Shown here piece by piece: positions 1 through 11,106 of a DNA stretch of 64,000 nt. The position numbers and the translations under genes are program-made. Origin of the DNA: Podarcis filfolensis (taxonomy: Eukaryota). Position 1 is the first letter of the stretch, and every line of letters begins with the position of its first letter. Under the pieces are notes generated by a model. The model was not told where the DNA came from and did no database searches. It was given only the letters and a program-made list of their open reading frames with translations. The DNA lies in assembly GCA_964270895.1 (NCBI GenBank), contig OZ185440.1; one strand, given 5' to 3'.

Positions 1-42
1 AAACGTTTGCTGACCAAAGGTAACAATTTAGGAGACTTACTT
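1..42 (-). other. Candidate internal exon running off the window edge (peptide SKSPKLLPLVSKR)
   Basis: Minus strand reads CTGAC...CTCTTTATTTCTTTTGTAAACACAG| (branch-like motif, pyrimidine tract, CAG), followed by one open frame. Peptide not recognised. Confidence 0.2.
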
Positions 43-1169
43 CTGTGTTTACAAAAGAAATAAAGAGCTGTTGTCAGTCAGCTCAGCAACGCCCAACTAC
101 TTTTTGTACTTCCACTGAATCAGACACATTATTGCAAAATTGCAGTGAAGAAAAAAGCGCTTTATTAGGTGAGGTGTTGACCCACAGTTGTTAAAACTTG
201 CTTATGGCTTAATGTGCCAAAGCACTGTCTCAGTAGCACTAAAAGGCAGGGAGCACCCATAAGGAGTACCTCGGTTTTAAATCTTCTTTTGCTGTGCAAA
301 TACTGACACACTGAATGCATTAGAAGTTTTCCTGAGCTGGTCAGAGTTTCAGTAAATTCAGCTCAAGTGACACTGTGCTAGTTTATTGCTTTAAGCCCCT
401 AAGGCAAATTTGATGTATACACTGTTTTGCAGGCTTATTTCCATGAGTGTGGGGCTCATTTCCTTCTCCATCCTAATATGAAAGAGAAAAGGCAATAGCC
501 AGTTCAGACAGCAACTTCTACATGCAAATGTTTCCTCGAAGTTTAAAGCACAGCTTGTAAAGTCTCCAGCTTTGTTTGGAAAACACTGCTACGTGTCAGG
601 CGTGCTTGGAAGTGGAATTCAGAGATACTAGCCAAGGATAGTTATTTTAAAAGCCACATTTACAGTAAATAAGATGGTTGAGTCAAATGTGATGCTGTAA
701 ATGAATAAAAAGCATTTTTCCAGACTCTATGAATAGGGACAAACCCAGACTAAACGTTGGTACAAAGAGAAGAAAATTGAATTAATTCTTATTTAGGCAA
801 GGAGAAGTATGGGTCATTCACCAAGTTTCTACTTCAATTAGGGTGTTGAAGCAAAGCAGAAATTCCCAGGATGTTGCACAAATTCCCAGGATGTTTTTTT
901 AACTGTGCCACTTTATGAAGAAGCAAACTTTATAACTGTAGAATTACACAGCACTTTCAAAGTACTGTAAATTCAGCAACATAATTATCTGACATAGGAT
1001 TCTCTTTACAATTCTTTATGGAGGACACAGTAACAATTTTCTCATATCTAAGTCCAGGAAGGAACATTCAGCTCCACATCTTGGAAACACACAGTTGTGT
1101 TTCCCACTCGCTAACTTACAGGACAGTGCCACCACAGAATATGGTATTCAAGAAAGCTGCTACCATCCA

Positions 1170-1335
1170 TCTATTTATTTATTTTAGATTAGATTTATAT
1201 ACCACCCTTCATCATAAGATCTCAGGGCAGTTCACAAGATAAAGTCCTACCTCACAAGGTTGCTGCAAGGATAAAATGGGGAGGAGAACTATGCATCCTC
1301 CCCTTGAGCTCCTTGGAGGGCAGGGTGCGTTATAA
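1170..1335. mobile_element. Degraded L2 3' end plus 3' part of a tRNA/CORE-type SINE
   Basis: TTTATTT...TTTATATACCACCCTTC L2-type tail, then CCTACCTCACAAGGTTGCTGCAAGGATAAAATGGG...GAGCTCCTTGGAGG, similar to SINE bodies at 50811 and 56400. Confidence 0.45.
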
Positions 1336-1691
1336 ATGTAATCAATAGTAAGATTTCTACCATCCCAGTGAAAATCATGATCACCATATGAGTAGTTAAG
1401 TCTCGTGTTCCTATGAGTTTTTCCATGGGATGGAATAATCTTGTTTATGGGAAGGAGTTAGTGCTGTCACCCAGTAATAGAGATAGTGCAGCACAAACCT
1501 ACACAGGTTTATTCAGAAATTGGCCCCCACTGTGCTTGGTGCGGCTTGGGGTTAGGAAAATATGCACAGGATTACAATGCTGAGAAAAGGCTGGGGATAA
1601 CTAAATGCAGTCTTCTACCCTGCCAGCAGGAGCCCTACCAGGTCATTAGAGGAGCAAACAATGCACTTCCTCTGTTCATTTGCAGGGTTCC

Positions 1692-1692
<1 letters not shown>

Positions 1693-1724
<32 letters not shown>
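1693..1724. repeat. (AC)16 microsatellite
   Basis: Directly visible. Confidence 0.95.
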
Positions 1725-1726
<2 letters not shown>

Positions 1727-1914
1727 CAACAATTTCCCTCCCATGTACAACAATTAGAAGGAAACAAACACCAACAGCTCCTAGGCTAGGATAATGTTCC
1801 CCTGGTTTAGGGGGTTTATTGTGGAGAGGGGCACTGGGAAGAAATTTGACCCAAGCCTCCCTGCTCCCCGCAGCTTGCCTCCAGCACACCACCTTTTTGC
1901 CTTGCCCTACTTAC

Positions 1915-2032
1915 CTCTGAGTTCCATTGTCACTCTCCACACTCAGAGAGATCCCACATGTCCTACTCTTCCCCAACCTACCCTCCAAGGGACCTTGGAA
2001 TTGCAGTGCCCACTGACTAAATCTGCATGCAT
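1915..2032 (-). other. Candidate internal exon of the minus-strand transcript
   Basis: Acceptor CTTTGTTTGTATGCAG|, donor CAGAG|GTAAGT; 118 nt with one open frame (ACRFSQWALQFQGPLEGRLGKSRTCGISLSVESDNGTQ). Peptide not recognised. Confidence 0.25.
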
Positions 2033-2082
2033 CTGCATACAAACAAAGCTGTTGGGAAATAATATCCTTTGTTTCCTTGTTA

Positions 2083-2294
2083 CAGTGGTACCTCGGGTTA
2101 CAGGCGCTTCAGGTTACAGACTCCGCTAACACAGAAATAGAACCTCGGGTTAAGAACTTTGCTTCAGGATGAGAACAGAAATCGCGCGGTGGCACGAGGC
2201 CCCATTAGCTAAAGTGGTACCTCAGGTTAAGAACAGTTTCAGGTTAAGAACGGATCTCCAGAACGAATTAAGTTCTTAACCCGAGGTACCACTA
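2083..2294. mobile_element. Tigger/pogo-type MITE
   Basis: TA|CAGTGGTACCTCGGGTTA ... TAACCCGAGGTACCACTA|TA: 18-bp TIR with one mismatch and TA TSD. Confidence 0.9.
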
Positions 2295-2765
2295 TATTCA
2301 CAGGCAACCATATTAGACTAAGCACCCCATCCTATGTGGAAAAGAAAAGTGAATTCCTCATCTTAACTGGTGCCTACCACCTACTTTCTTAAATAGCTGT
2401 TTTCCCAGTTTTTCAGCAGGAGGCTCAACGTTTTAGTTGTAGGAAGTGCTCAGTTACCCACATACCACCTATTCTTGTTTCACGTTAGCCAGCTAACTAA
2501 AGCCAAATGTTTTGAAAAAGACTTGCTGATGAGAGACAGCAATGGGAAGAACTGAGCTGGCGCTTCTGCTCCCTCTTGGAAAGCAAAAGTTCAACAAAAT
2601 ACTAAGAATTTTCATTTCCAACGAGTCCTCTTCAGGTTAGCCCACTTCGCTTCAAATTATTCCAAGCTCTTCAAAACCAAAATATTAAAATAGTTACATA
2701 TTGTTTATAGATCCACTGTATATTTATCTGGTCAGAATTATTAAGATAGGCCTAAACACAATTTA

Positions 2766-2947
2766 GGGGATGCGGGTGGCGCTGTGGGTTAAACCACTGA
2801 GCCTAGGGCTTGCCGATCAGAAGGTCGGCGGTTTGAATCCCCGCAATGGGGTGAGCTCCCATTGCTTAGTCCCTGCTCCTGCCAACCTAGCAGTTCGAAA
2901 GCACGTCAAAGTGCAAGTAGATAAATAGGTACCGCTCCGGCGGGAAG
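2766..2947 (+). mobile_element. Sauria (Squam1-type) SINE, 5' part, interrupted by BovB
   Basis: tRNA-like head GGGATGCGGGTGGCGCTGTGG...GGTTTGAATCCCCGC; matches the intact copies at 11807 and 17103. Left TSD CCTAAACACAATTTA at 2751-2765. Confidence 0.92.
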
Positions 2948-5900
2948 CCCCTTCATGGATCACTGCCTTGCCGTGGCGAAGGGGCTTGAAGAACTCAGAG
3001 AAGCTATGAACTACGCCGAGCAGGGCACACAAGATGAACAGGTCATAGTGGAGAGTTTTGACCAAACGTGATCCACCTGGAGGAGGAACCGGCAAGCCAC
3101 TCCAGTATCCTTGCCAAGAAAACTCCATGGACAAAGACAACAGGCATATAAAAGTTATGACGCTGGAAGATGAGCCCCTCAGGTCGGAAGGCGTCCAACA
3201 TGCTACTGGGGAAGAGCGGAGGGCAAGTACAAGTAGATCCAGAGCTGATGAAGCGGCTGGGCCAAAGCCGAAAGGACGCTCAGTTGCGGATATGCCTGGA
3301 AGCGAAAGGAAAGTCCAATGCTGTAAAGAAAAATATTGCATAGGAACCTGGAATGTAAGAACCATGAACCTAGGTAAGTTGGAGGTGGTCAAAAATGAGA
3401 TGGCAAGAATAAATATTGACATCCTGGGCATCAGTGAACTAAAATGGACGGGAATGGGCGAATTCAGTTCGGATGACCATCACATCTACTACTGTGGGCA
3501 AGAAACCCGTAAAAGAAATGGAGTGGCCCTCATAGTCAACAAAAGAGTGGCGAAAGCTGTACTGGGATGCAATCTCAAAAATGATAGAATGATCTCGATA
3601 CGAATCCAAGGCAGACCTTTTAACATCACAGTAATCCAAGTTTATGCACCAACCACTGGTGCTGAAGAAACTGAAATAGACCAATTTTATGAAGACTTAC
3701 AAGACCTTATAGAAGTGACACCAAAGAAGGATGTTCTTCTCATTATAGGGGATTGGAATGCTAAAGTAGGGAATCAAGAGATAAAAGGAACAACTGGCAA
3801 GTTTGGCCTTGGAGATCAAAACGAAGCAGGGCAAAGGCTAATAGAGTTCTGTCAAGAGAACAAGCTGGTCATCACAAACACGCTTTTCCAACAACACAAG
3901 AGACGTCTCTACACATGGACATCACCAGATGGGCAGTATCGAAATCAGATTGATTATATTCTCTGCAGCCAAAGATGGAGAAGTTCTATACAGTCAGCAA
4001 AAACAAGACCTGGAGCTGACTGTGGCTCAGATCATCAGCTTCTTATAGCAAAATTCAAGCTTAAACTGAAGAAAGTAGGAAAAACCACTGGGCCGGTAAG
4101 ATACAATCTAAGTCAAATCCCTTATGAATACACAGTGGAAGTGAGGAACAGGTTTAAGGATTTAGATTTGCTGGACAGAGTGCCTGAAGAACTATGGATG
4201 GAGGCTCGTAACATTGTACAGGAGGCAGCAACGAAAACCATCCCAATGAAAAGGAAATGCAAGAAAGCAAAGTGGCTGTCCAACGAGGCCTTACAAATAG
4301 CGGAGGAGAGAAGGCAAGCAAAATGCGAGGGAGATAGTGAAAGATACAGGAAATTGAATGCAGATTTCCAAAGAATAGCAAGGAGAGACAAGAAGGCCTT
4401 CTTAAACGAGCAGTGCAAACAAATAGAGGAAAACAACAGAATGGGAAGAACCAGAGATCTGTTCAAGAAAATTGGAGATATGAAAGGAACATTTCGTACA
4501 AAGATTACCATAATAAAGGACAAAAGTGGTAAGGACCTAACAGAAGCAGAAGACATCAAGAAGAGGAGGCAAGAATACACAGAGGAATTATACCAGAAAG
4601 ATATGGATGTCTCGTACACCCCAGGTAGTGTGGTTGCTGACCTTGAGCCAGACATCCTGGAAAGTGAAGTCAAATGGGCCTTAGAAAGCACTGCAAATAA
4701 CAAGGCCAGTGGAAGTGATGGTATTCCAGCTGAACTATTTAAAATTTTAAAAGATGATGCTGTTAAGGTGCTACACTCAATATGCCAGCAAATTTGGAAA
4801 ACTCAGCAGTGGCCAGAAGATTGGAGAAGATCAGTCTACATCCCAATCCCAAAGAAGGGCAGTGCCAAAGAATGCTCCAACTACCGCACAATTGCACTCA
4901 TTTCACACGCTAGCAAGGTTATGCTTAAAATTCTACAAGGAAGGCTCAAACAGTATGTGGATCGAGAACTCCCAGAAGTGCAAGCTGGATTTAGAAGAGG
5001 CAGAGGAACCAGAGACCAAATTGCAAACATGCGCTGGATTATGGAGAAAGCTAGAGAGTTCCAGAAAGACATCTACTTCTGCTTCATTGACTATGCAAAA
5101 GCCTTTGACTGTGTCGACCACAGCAAACTATGGCAAGTTCTTAAAGAAATGGGAGTGCCTGATCACCTCATCTGTCTCCTGAGAAATCTCTATGTGGGAC
5201 AAGAAGCTACAGTTAGAACTGGATATGGAACAACTGATTGGTTCAAAATTGGGAAAGGCGTACGACAAGGCTGTATTTTGTCTCCCTGCTTATTTAATTT
5301 ATACGCAGAATACATCATGCGAAAGGCTGGGCTGGATGAATCCCAAGCCGGAATTAAGATTGCCGGAAGAAATATCAACAACCTCAGATATGCAGATGAC
5401 ACAACCTTGATGGCAGAAAGTGAGGAGGAATTAAAGAACCTTTTAATGAGGGTGAAAGAGGAGAGTGCAAAATATGGTCTGAAGCTCAACATCAAAAAAA
5501 CGAAGATCATGGCCACTGGTCCCATCACCTCCTGGCAAATAGAAGGGGAAGAAATGGAGGCAGTGAGAGATTTTACTTTCTTGGGCTCCATGATCACTGC
5601 AGATGGTGACAGCAGCCACGAAATTAAAAGACGCCTGCTTCTTGGGAGAAGGGCAATGACAGGCCTAGACAGCATCTTGAGAAGTAGAGACGTCACCTTG
5701 CCAACAAAGGTCCGTATAGTTAAAGCCATGGTTTTCCCAGTAGTGATGTATGGAAGTGAGAGCTGGACCATAAAGAAGGCTGATCGCCGAAGAATTGATG
5801 CTTTTGAATTATAGTGCTGGAGAAGACTCTTGAGAGTCCCATGGACTGCAAGAAGATCAAATGCATCCATTCTTAATGAAATCAGCCCTGAGTGCTCACT

Positions 5901-6172
5901 GGAAGGACAGATCGTGAAGCTGAGGCTCCAGTACTTTGGCCACCTCATGAGAAGAGAAGACTCCCTGGAGAAGACACTGATGCTGGGAAAGATGGAGGGC
6001 ACAAGGAGAAGGGGGCGACAGAGGATGAGATGGTTGGATAGTGTTTTCGAGGTTACCAGCATGAGTTTGACTAAACTGCGGGAGGTAGTGGAGGACAGAG
6101 GTGCCTGGCGTGCTCTGGTCCATGGGGTCACGAAGAGTCGGACACGACTAAACGACTAAACAACAACAACAA
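2948..6172 (+). mobile_element. Full-length BovB/RTE LINE (~3.2 kb)
   Basis: BovB-type 5' region, APE+RT ORF, 3' end CATGGGGTCACGAAGAGTCGGACACGACT and (AAC)n tail; TSD CCGGCGGGAAG at 2937-2947 and 6173-6183. Confidence 0.95.
3157..6159 (+). pseudogene. BovB endonuclease/reverse transcriptase ORF (~1000 codons) with one premature TAG at 5812-5814
   Basis: APE motifs GTWNVRT, LGISELKW, GDWNAKVG, IDYIL, SDHQ; RT motifs QAGFRRG, DYAKAFD, GVRQGCILSP, RYADD. Same frame continues to TAA at 6157-6159. Start codon (3127 or 3157) uncertain. Confidence 0.92.
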
Positions 6173-6183
6173 CCGGCGGGAAG

Positions 6184-6333
6184 GTAAACGGCATTTGGTT
6201 TGCCAGAAGCGGCTTAGTCATGCTGGCCACATGACCTGGAAGCTGTACGCAGGCTCCCTCGGCCAATAAAGCGAGATGAGCACCGATACCCCAGAGTCAG
6301 TCATGACTGGACCTAATGGTCAGGGGTCCCTTT
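6184..6333 (+). mobile_element. Sauria SINE, 3' part (tail resumes at 6936-6942 after the second BovB)
   Basis: GTAAACGGC...AGTCATGCTGGCCACATGACC...GGGGTCCCTTT; ACCTTTACCT tail then right TSD CCTAAACACAATTTA at 6943-6957. Confidence 0.9.
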
Positions 6334-6927
6334 TTTTGTTGTTTAGTCGTTTAGTCGTGTCCGACTCTTCGTGACCCCATGGACCAGAGCACGCCAGGCA
6401 CTTCTGTCTTCCACTGCCTCCCGCAGTTTAGTCAGACTCATGTTTGTAGCTTCGAAGACACTATCCAACCATCTCGTCCTCTGTCGTCCCCTTCTCCTTG
6501 TGCCCTCCATCTTTCCCAACATCAGGGTCTTTTCCAGGGAGTCTTCTCTTCTCATGAGGTGGCCAAAGTATTGGAGCCTCAGCTTCACGATCTGTCCTTC
6601 CAGTGAGCACTCAGGGCTGATTTCCTTAAGAATGGTTAGGTTTGATCTTCTTGCAGTCCATGGGACTCTCAAGAGTCTCCTCCAGCACCATAATTCAAAA
6701 GCATCAATTCTTCGACGATCAGCCTTCTTTATGGTCCAGCTCTCACTTCCATACATCACTACTGGGAAAACCATAGCTTTTACTATACGGACCTTTGTTG
6801 GCAAGGTGATGTCTCTACTTTTTAAGATGCTGTCTAGGTTGGTCATTGCTTTCCTCCCAAGAAGCAGGCGTCTCTTAATTTCGTGGCTGCTGTCACCATC
6901 TGCAGTGATCATGGAACCCAAGAAAGT
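6334..6927 (-). mobile_element. 5'-truncated BovB LINE (594 bp)
   Basis: Encodes the BovB C-terminus (GSMITADGDSSHEIKRRLLL...GVTKSRTRLND*); TSD GTCCCTTT at 6326-6333 and 6928-6935. Confidence 0.93.
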
Positions 6928-9470
6928 GTCCCTTTACCTTTACCTAAACACAATTTACTACTATTGTCGCTGGTTTCTGAGAACACTTGCCCATGTACAT
7001 CTACATTGTACAATCTTGAATGCCAGAAACTGATCTAACAAACATCACCACACAGATGCAAGGAAGCTAAGGAACACCAAAGCCTGTAACAGATGAACAA
7101 CTGCTGACCAGCATGAACATGACACACCTGTTCGGGCAACTGTAATGTTTTTCCAGCTCTTCTGTGGTGCAGAGGGAAAGAGGTGCAAGTATGAAGTACC
7201 TCTCTGTCACCAAATGTTTTATCAAAATCCAGCTAGTGTCACTTGCTCCTTCATTAAAATCTTTGCAAATTACTACCATATTTATTAACAGCTAGTAAAT
7301 ACCTGATCAGTGCAGGTACACAAACACACATATGAGCAGCCTTCATCAGGGCCCAATACCATATTTAGTTGCATCATTTTCTCTAGAGAGATAGTGTTGT
7401 CCTGCATTTGTCAAGTATTTTGCTCCTGAAGCTTAGCTTTGTTTGGACCAAAGTTTCCCAAAGCTCCAGTAGGTGTTAGCTGTACATAAGCCAGCTATTG
7501 AACATGGAGCATAACATGCCCATCTCCAGGGGCCCAGCTGTGCATGCCATTCACAGCCTTGACTTGCAGTAATGTTACATAGGCACTGCTCATAACATTG
7601 CTCCATAACTTGGCTGAACAAGTGGAACAGTTGGAAATTTTAAGTCTCTGACCAGGCCTATATATTTTAAAAAACAACCGAGCATATAAACTTGCAAGCA
7701 TTAAACCTGGAGAAAGATATTTCAGCAGTAATACCCAGGCCTCTGCTAAAATAGGGAGAGGGTCTCCATGGAACCTCATACACTGGGAAGTTACAGAACA
7801 ATGTCTAGCTTCTCCTTTCTAGTCAGAAGTCATTATAATAAGCTATGGCCAAGCAGCTTCAGGCACTCTTGGATGGAATGGGATTTTGGCTGGACTTCAG
7901 GGCAGAAAGTGCCTTTGTCTTCCTGGTCAACACTCTGTATTGGTAGATAGGGGAAACATGGACCAGTTACAAGCCAATTGTGCAGACGAAGTGCAGGTGT
8001 TCTGCAATGCTTCCGCTTCTATTTTTCCAGAAGGTTGACCTTGAAGGTGGTGCTGAGAGACTGATGAGGCTGTTGCTTTTCATGGGAGAGATCCAGCGAA
8101 GTTCCACAGGGATCTTTTATGAGGCTAACTGTATCTGGGAACTGGAGACAAGTCTATTTGGTATGCTCCCTTCTTGTATTATCATCAAAGACAGGGGAGT
8201 CAGTGGCTTCCCTGAACATCTTTCTAAAGTCTAGTAGCGGACTAGATGAGTGAGATACTCAATCCAGACTTATAACCGTTGGCGCACTGCCTAGAGTGGC
8301 AGTATATATGCTGATCTTGTTTGATGTCACAGTTGCTTAAAAATCAGATTCACAAACCAGGAATTCTCTAGGTCCAGGTTTGCCCCTGACATCCAAAGCT
8401 GTAAGTGATTTCGTAGGTTTGCTTCCTGGATACTACTTTGTTCCACTAGCTATAATTTTGTTTCCAGCCAAAATTAAAGGTGCAGGCCAACAAATTTAAG
8501 TCCAGCTATGCATCTTCATATCACACACACACAGAGAGAGAAACCATTGGCATTGAGCGACAAGACCCTTCTGTAGGTGTCACCAGATTTTGAAGCAGTT
8601 AGTTGCTACCAGAAACAGGGCTTTTTCCAGTGCCTGCCCCTTGAGAAAGGTCTCCTGAAAAAGCTTGGCCAGATTTGCTCTACTGGCCCATTCAAGAAGG
8701 TCATAAGCATTTTCAGCTTTTTATATAAACAATTTGGCCACAATGTACACGATGCAAGTTGCTCCATTTGCTTTATTTCAAATTATGGCTATGAAGTCCA
8801 CCCTAATTAATTATTGTTGGATTTGGGAGAGTCAATTTAATTGCAAGGATTAAACTAAAAGACATTGGAATCAATATTTACCAGACACTGGCAGTAGTAT
8901 CAAAATAATTAAAACATGAAAACATATCTAAAGTTTTACTGGAGTGGGTAAATAACAAACTCTGTTCTATATGGCAAGCAAGGTCTTTCTCCTATCAGTT
9001 CATAAAGCAATTACCCTATACTGCCTCTGCTGCACAAGATTGGTTTACATAGTGCTTCTGAATAGGTTTAAATGCCTTTTATCTGGCTATGTGCACTTTT
9101 CAAATGGAGCTGTCTCACCACCCTATCTACAGAGGAAAACCTCTCCCCAGTTAATTGGATAGGTTAAAAAAACTGTAAGGCAGTTAAAAGGGGATAAACT
9201 TCTTCCTCAACAGGAAGAAAACATGTGAACAGAACAAAATCTCAACAGTATTTATCTGAAGAGGCACAAGCTTAAATAAAGCTCATCATAGTCACTTTCC
9301 CCTCTTGTTTCATCTGACAAAAATAATTTGTTTCAAGTGGAGTTTTGCTCAGTCCCCTTGGCTAGAAGAAAATCTGGCTCTGCCTGGTATACGTGACTAT
9401 CTGGGGCTTGTAAGGGCTCAGCACCACACAATAGACAATTGAGGGCCTCCTTGGTTATTACAAAGCTCAC

Positions 9471-9583
9471 AGGGTGAACTAAGGTCAGCAACAGGCAGAC
9501 AGAGAACTACTGAGGGTTTTTCAACTAGTGGAAACGATACAACATTCCTTTTCACATCAGCCACAGCATATCCCATAAGCAAC
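9471..9583 (-). other. Candidate exon with possible start codon at 9576
   Basis: Acceptor TCTCTTTTTTCAG|, donor CCT|GTGAGC; open frame MGYAVADVKRNVVSFPLVEKPSVVLCLPVADLSSP. Peptide not recognised. Confidence 0.25.
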
Positions 9584-9899
9584 CTGAAAAAAGAGATGTT
9601 CTTTGTGTGGTCAGTCTCTGAACTTGGGTAAAGGAAAGGCAGAAGACTGATAGACTTCTACAAAAGCGGCAGCAGTGCCTCTCCTTCACAAGAACAATGC
9701 AATTTGTCAGCACTTTAGATTCATAGCAGGTAAATATGTTTTTTAGGCCATCCAATATGACACTTAACAGTGACCAAGCTTTCCGGTTTTCCTGCTGGAC
9801 GTTAATCTAAGCAGGAGTGGGGAGGAAAAAGGTGGCTTGGTGTTAAAATTGGTCTGTCTTAAGATGAAGTGTAGGAAGAACAACCTTAATAGATTAGGC

Positions 9900-9963
9900 C
9901 AGTGGTTCTCAAACTTTTTAGTCCAGGCCACACTTTCAGAATAAAAATTTGCTCGTGCCAGAC
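9900..9963. mobile_element. hAT-type element end fragment
   Basis: CAGTGGTTCTCAAACTTTTT terminus; partner TIR not found. Confidence 0.5.
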
Positions 9964-10055
9964 TCTATTTTTTTATTGATGAGAAATACCATACATTGGA
10001 AAAGGAAAAGAAACAACTCCTAGCAGTGCTTGATTTATAACACAGAACACAACTA

Positions 10056-10940
10056 CCCGTATTTTTCGCTCTATAGCACGCACCCGACCATAACACGCAC
10101 ATAGTATTTAGAGGAGGAAAACAAGAAAAAAAAATATTCTAAACAAAACAGTGGATGTATGATTTTTGTGGTTCATGCTGTGGCCACAGACATGTGATCT
10201 GACGGTGAGTTTGGGGTAGCCCAATGCAAAAATCCTGAGGATCCATGTGGATCCATGCTTTGTAACCACGTTTTTGCACCACTGCGGCCCCAGGCAACAG
10301 TGGGTGCGTGATTTTTTTGGTGCAAGCTGTAGCCATGGACATGCTATGTGATCTGATGGTGAATTTGGGGTGACCCAGTGAAAAACTCCTGAATATCCAT
10401 GTGGATCCGTGCTTTGTAACCACGTTTTAAGTGGGGAGGGAAGGAAAAGCACTCAAGGGACAAGGAACACGCGTGGGGTGGGTGGAGAAGGATGCTGTTA
10501 ATAATGCAGAAGAGGGGTATAAGAGGAGAAGGCTCCTCTCCTCTCCCGCTTTGCTCCTTTAAAGCAAGCAGGCTCTGCTTCTCTCCCTCCTCCCCAGCTC
10601 GCTGAAAAACTTTGCTGCTATTTAGCCAGCTGAGTGGGGAGGAGAGAGGGACAGAGAGCCTGCTTGCTTTAAAGGAGCCAACCGGACAGGAGCCGCTTAC
10701 ACTCGTGTAAGCGGCTCCTCTCCTCTCCCGCTTTGCTCCTTTAAAACAAGCAGGCTCTCTGTCCCTCTCTCCTCCCCACTCAGCAGCTCTTCTCCCGCTT
10801 TGCTGTTTCAAAGCTAGCCTCTGCTCACGACTGCAGCAGATCCCCCCGCCATCCATAGGCATTCGCTCCATAACACGCACAGACATTTCCCCTTACTTTC
10901 TAGGAGGAAAAAAATGAATGTTATGGTGCAAAAAATAAGG
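10056..10940. mobile_element. Non-autonomous Tc2-like (TcMar) DNA transposon with internal duplications
   Basis: TA|CCCGTATTTTTCGCTCTATA ... TTATGGTGCAAAAAATAAGG|TA; both ends match the shorter copy at 33175-33433. Confidence 0.8.
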
Positions 10941-11019
10941 TACTTTATAATATGACCATGGGACATCCAGAAAGTATCCCCGGATTCATTGAAAAAAATA
11001 TGGTAAACTTATTCTAGAA

Positions 11020-11106
11020 CAGAGATGGGGAACCTGTGACTATACCGCTCAAAATCCCAGAGTACTAGCCAGTAACAGCTGGAGCACCACAAGTCCCCCA
11101 TCCCTC
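11020..11106. mobile_element. Short degraded hAT MITE
   Basis: CAGAGATGGGGAACCTGTG ... CACAAGTCCCCCATCCCT inverted ends; TSD not preserved. Confidence 0.55.

Noticed and set aside
36-44. Apparent 2-nt micro-exon or recursive splice site (CAG|AA|GTAAGT on minus)
   Set aside because: Too short for a plausible exon and not an exact AG|GT junction; better read as the start of a longer exon or chance.
2766-2850. tRNA genes
   Set aside because: All A/B-box segments in the window are SINE heads attached to SINE bodies; no complete cloverleaf found.
2817-6131. Long minus-strand ORFs (204, 193, 313 aa)
   Set aside because: Antisense shadows of the BovB ORF; no independent features.
7000-8830. Coding-looking unique sequence, possible large exon
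   Set aside because: The minus-strand frames I translated by hand hit frequent stops, the ORF track shows nothing over 94 aa on either strand, and no peptide was recognisable.
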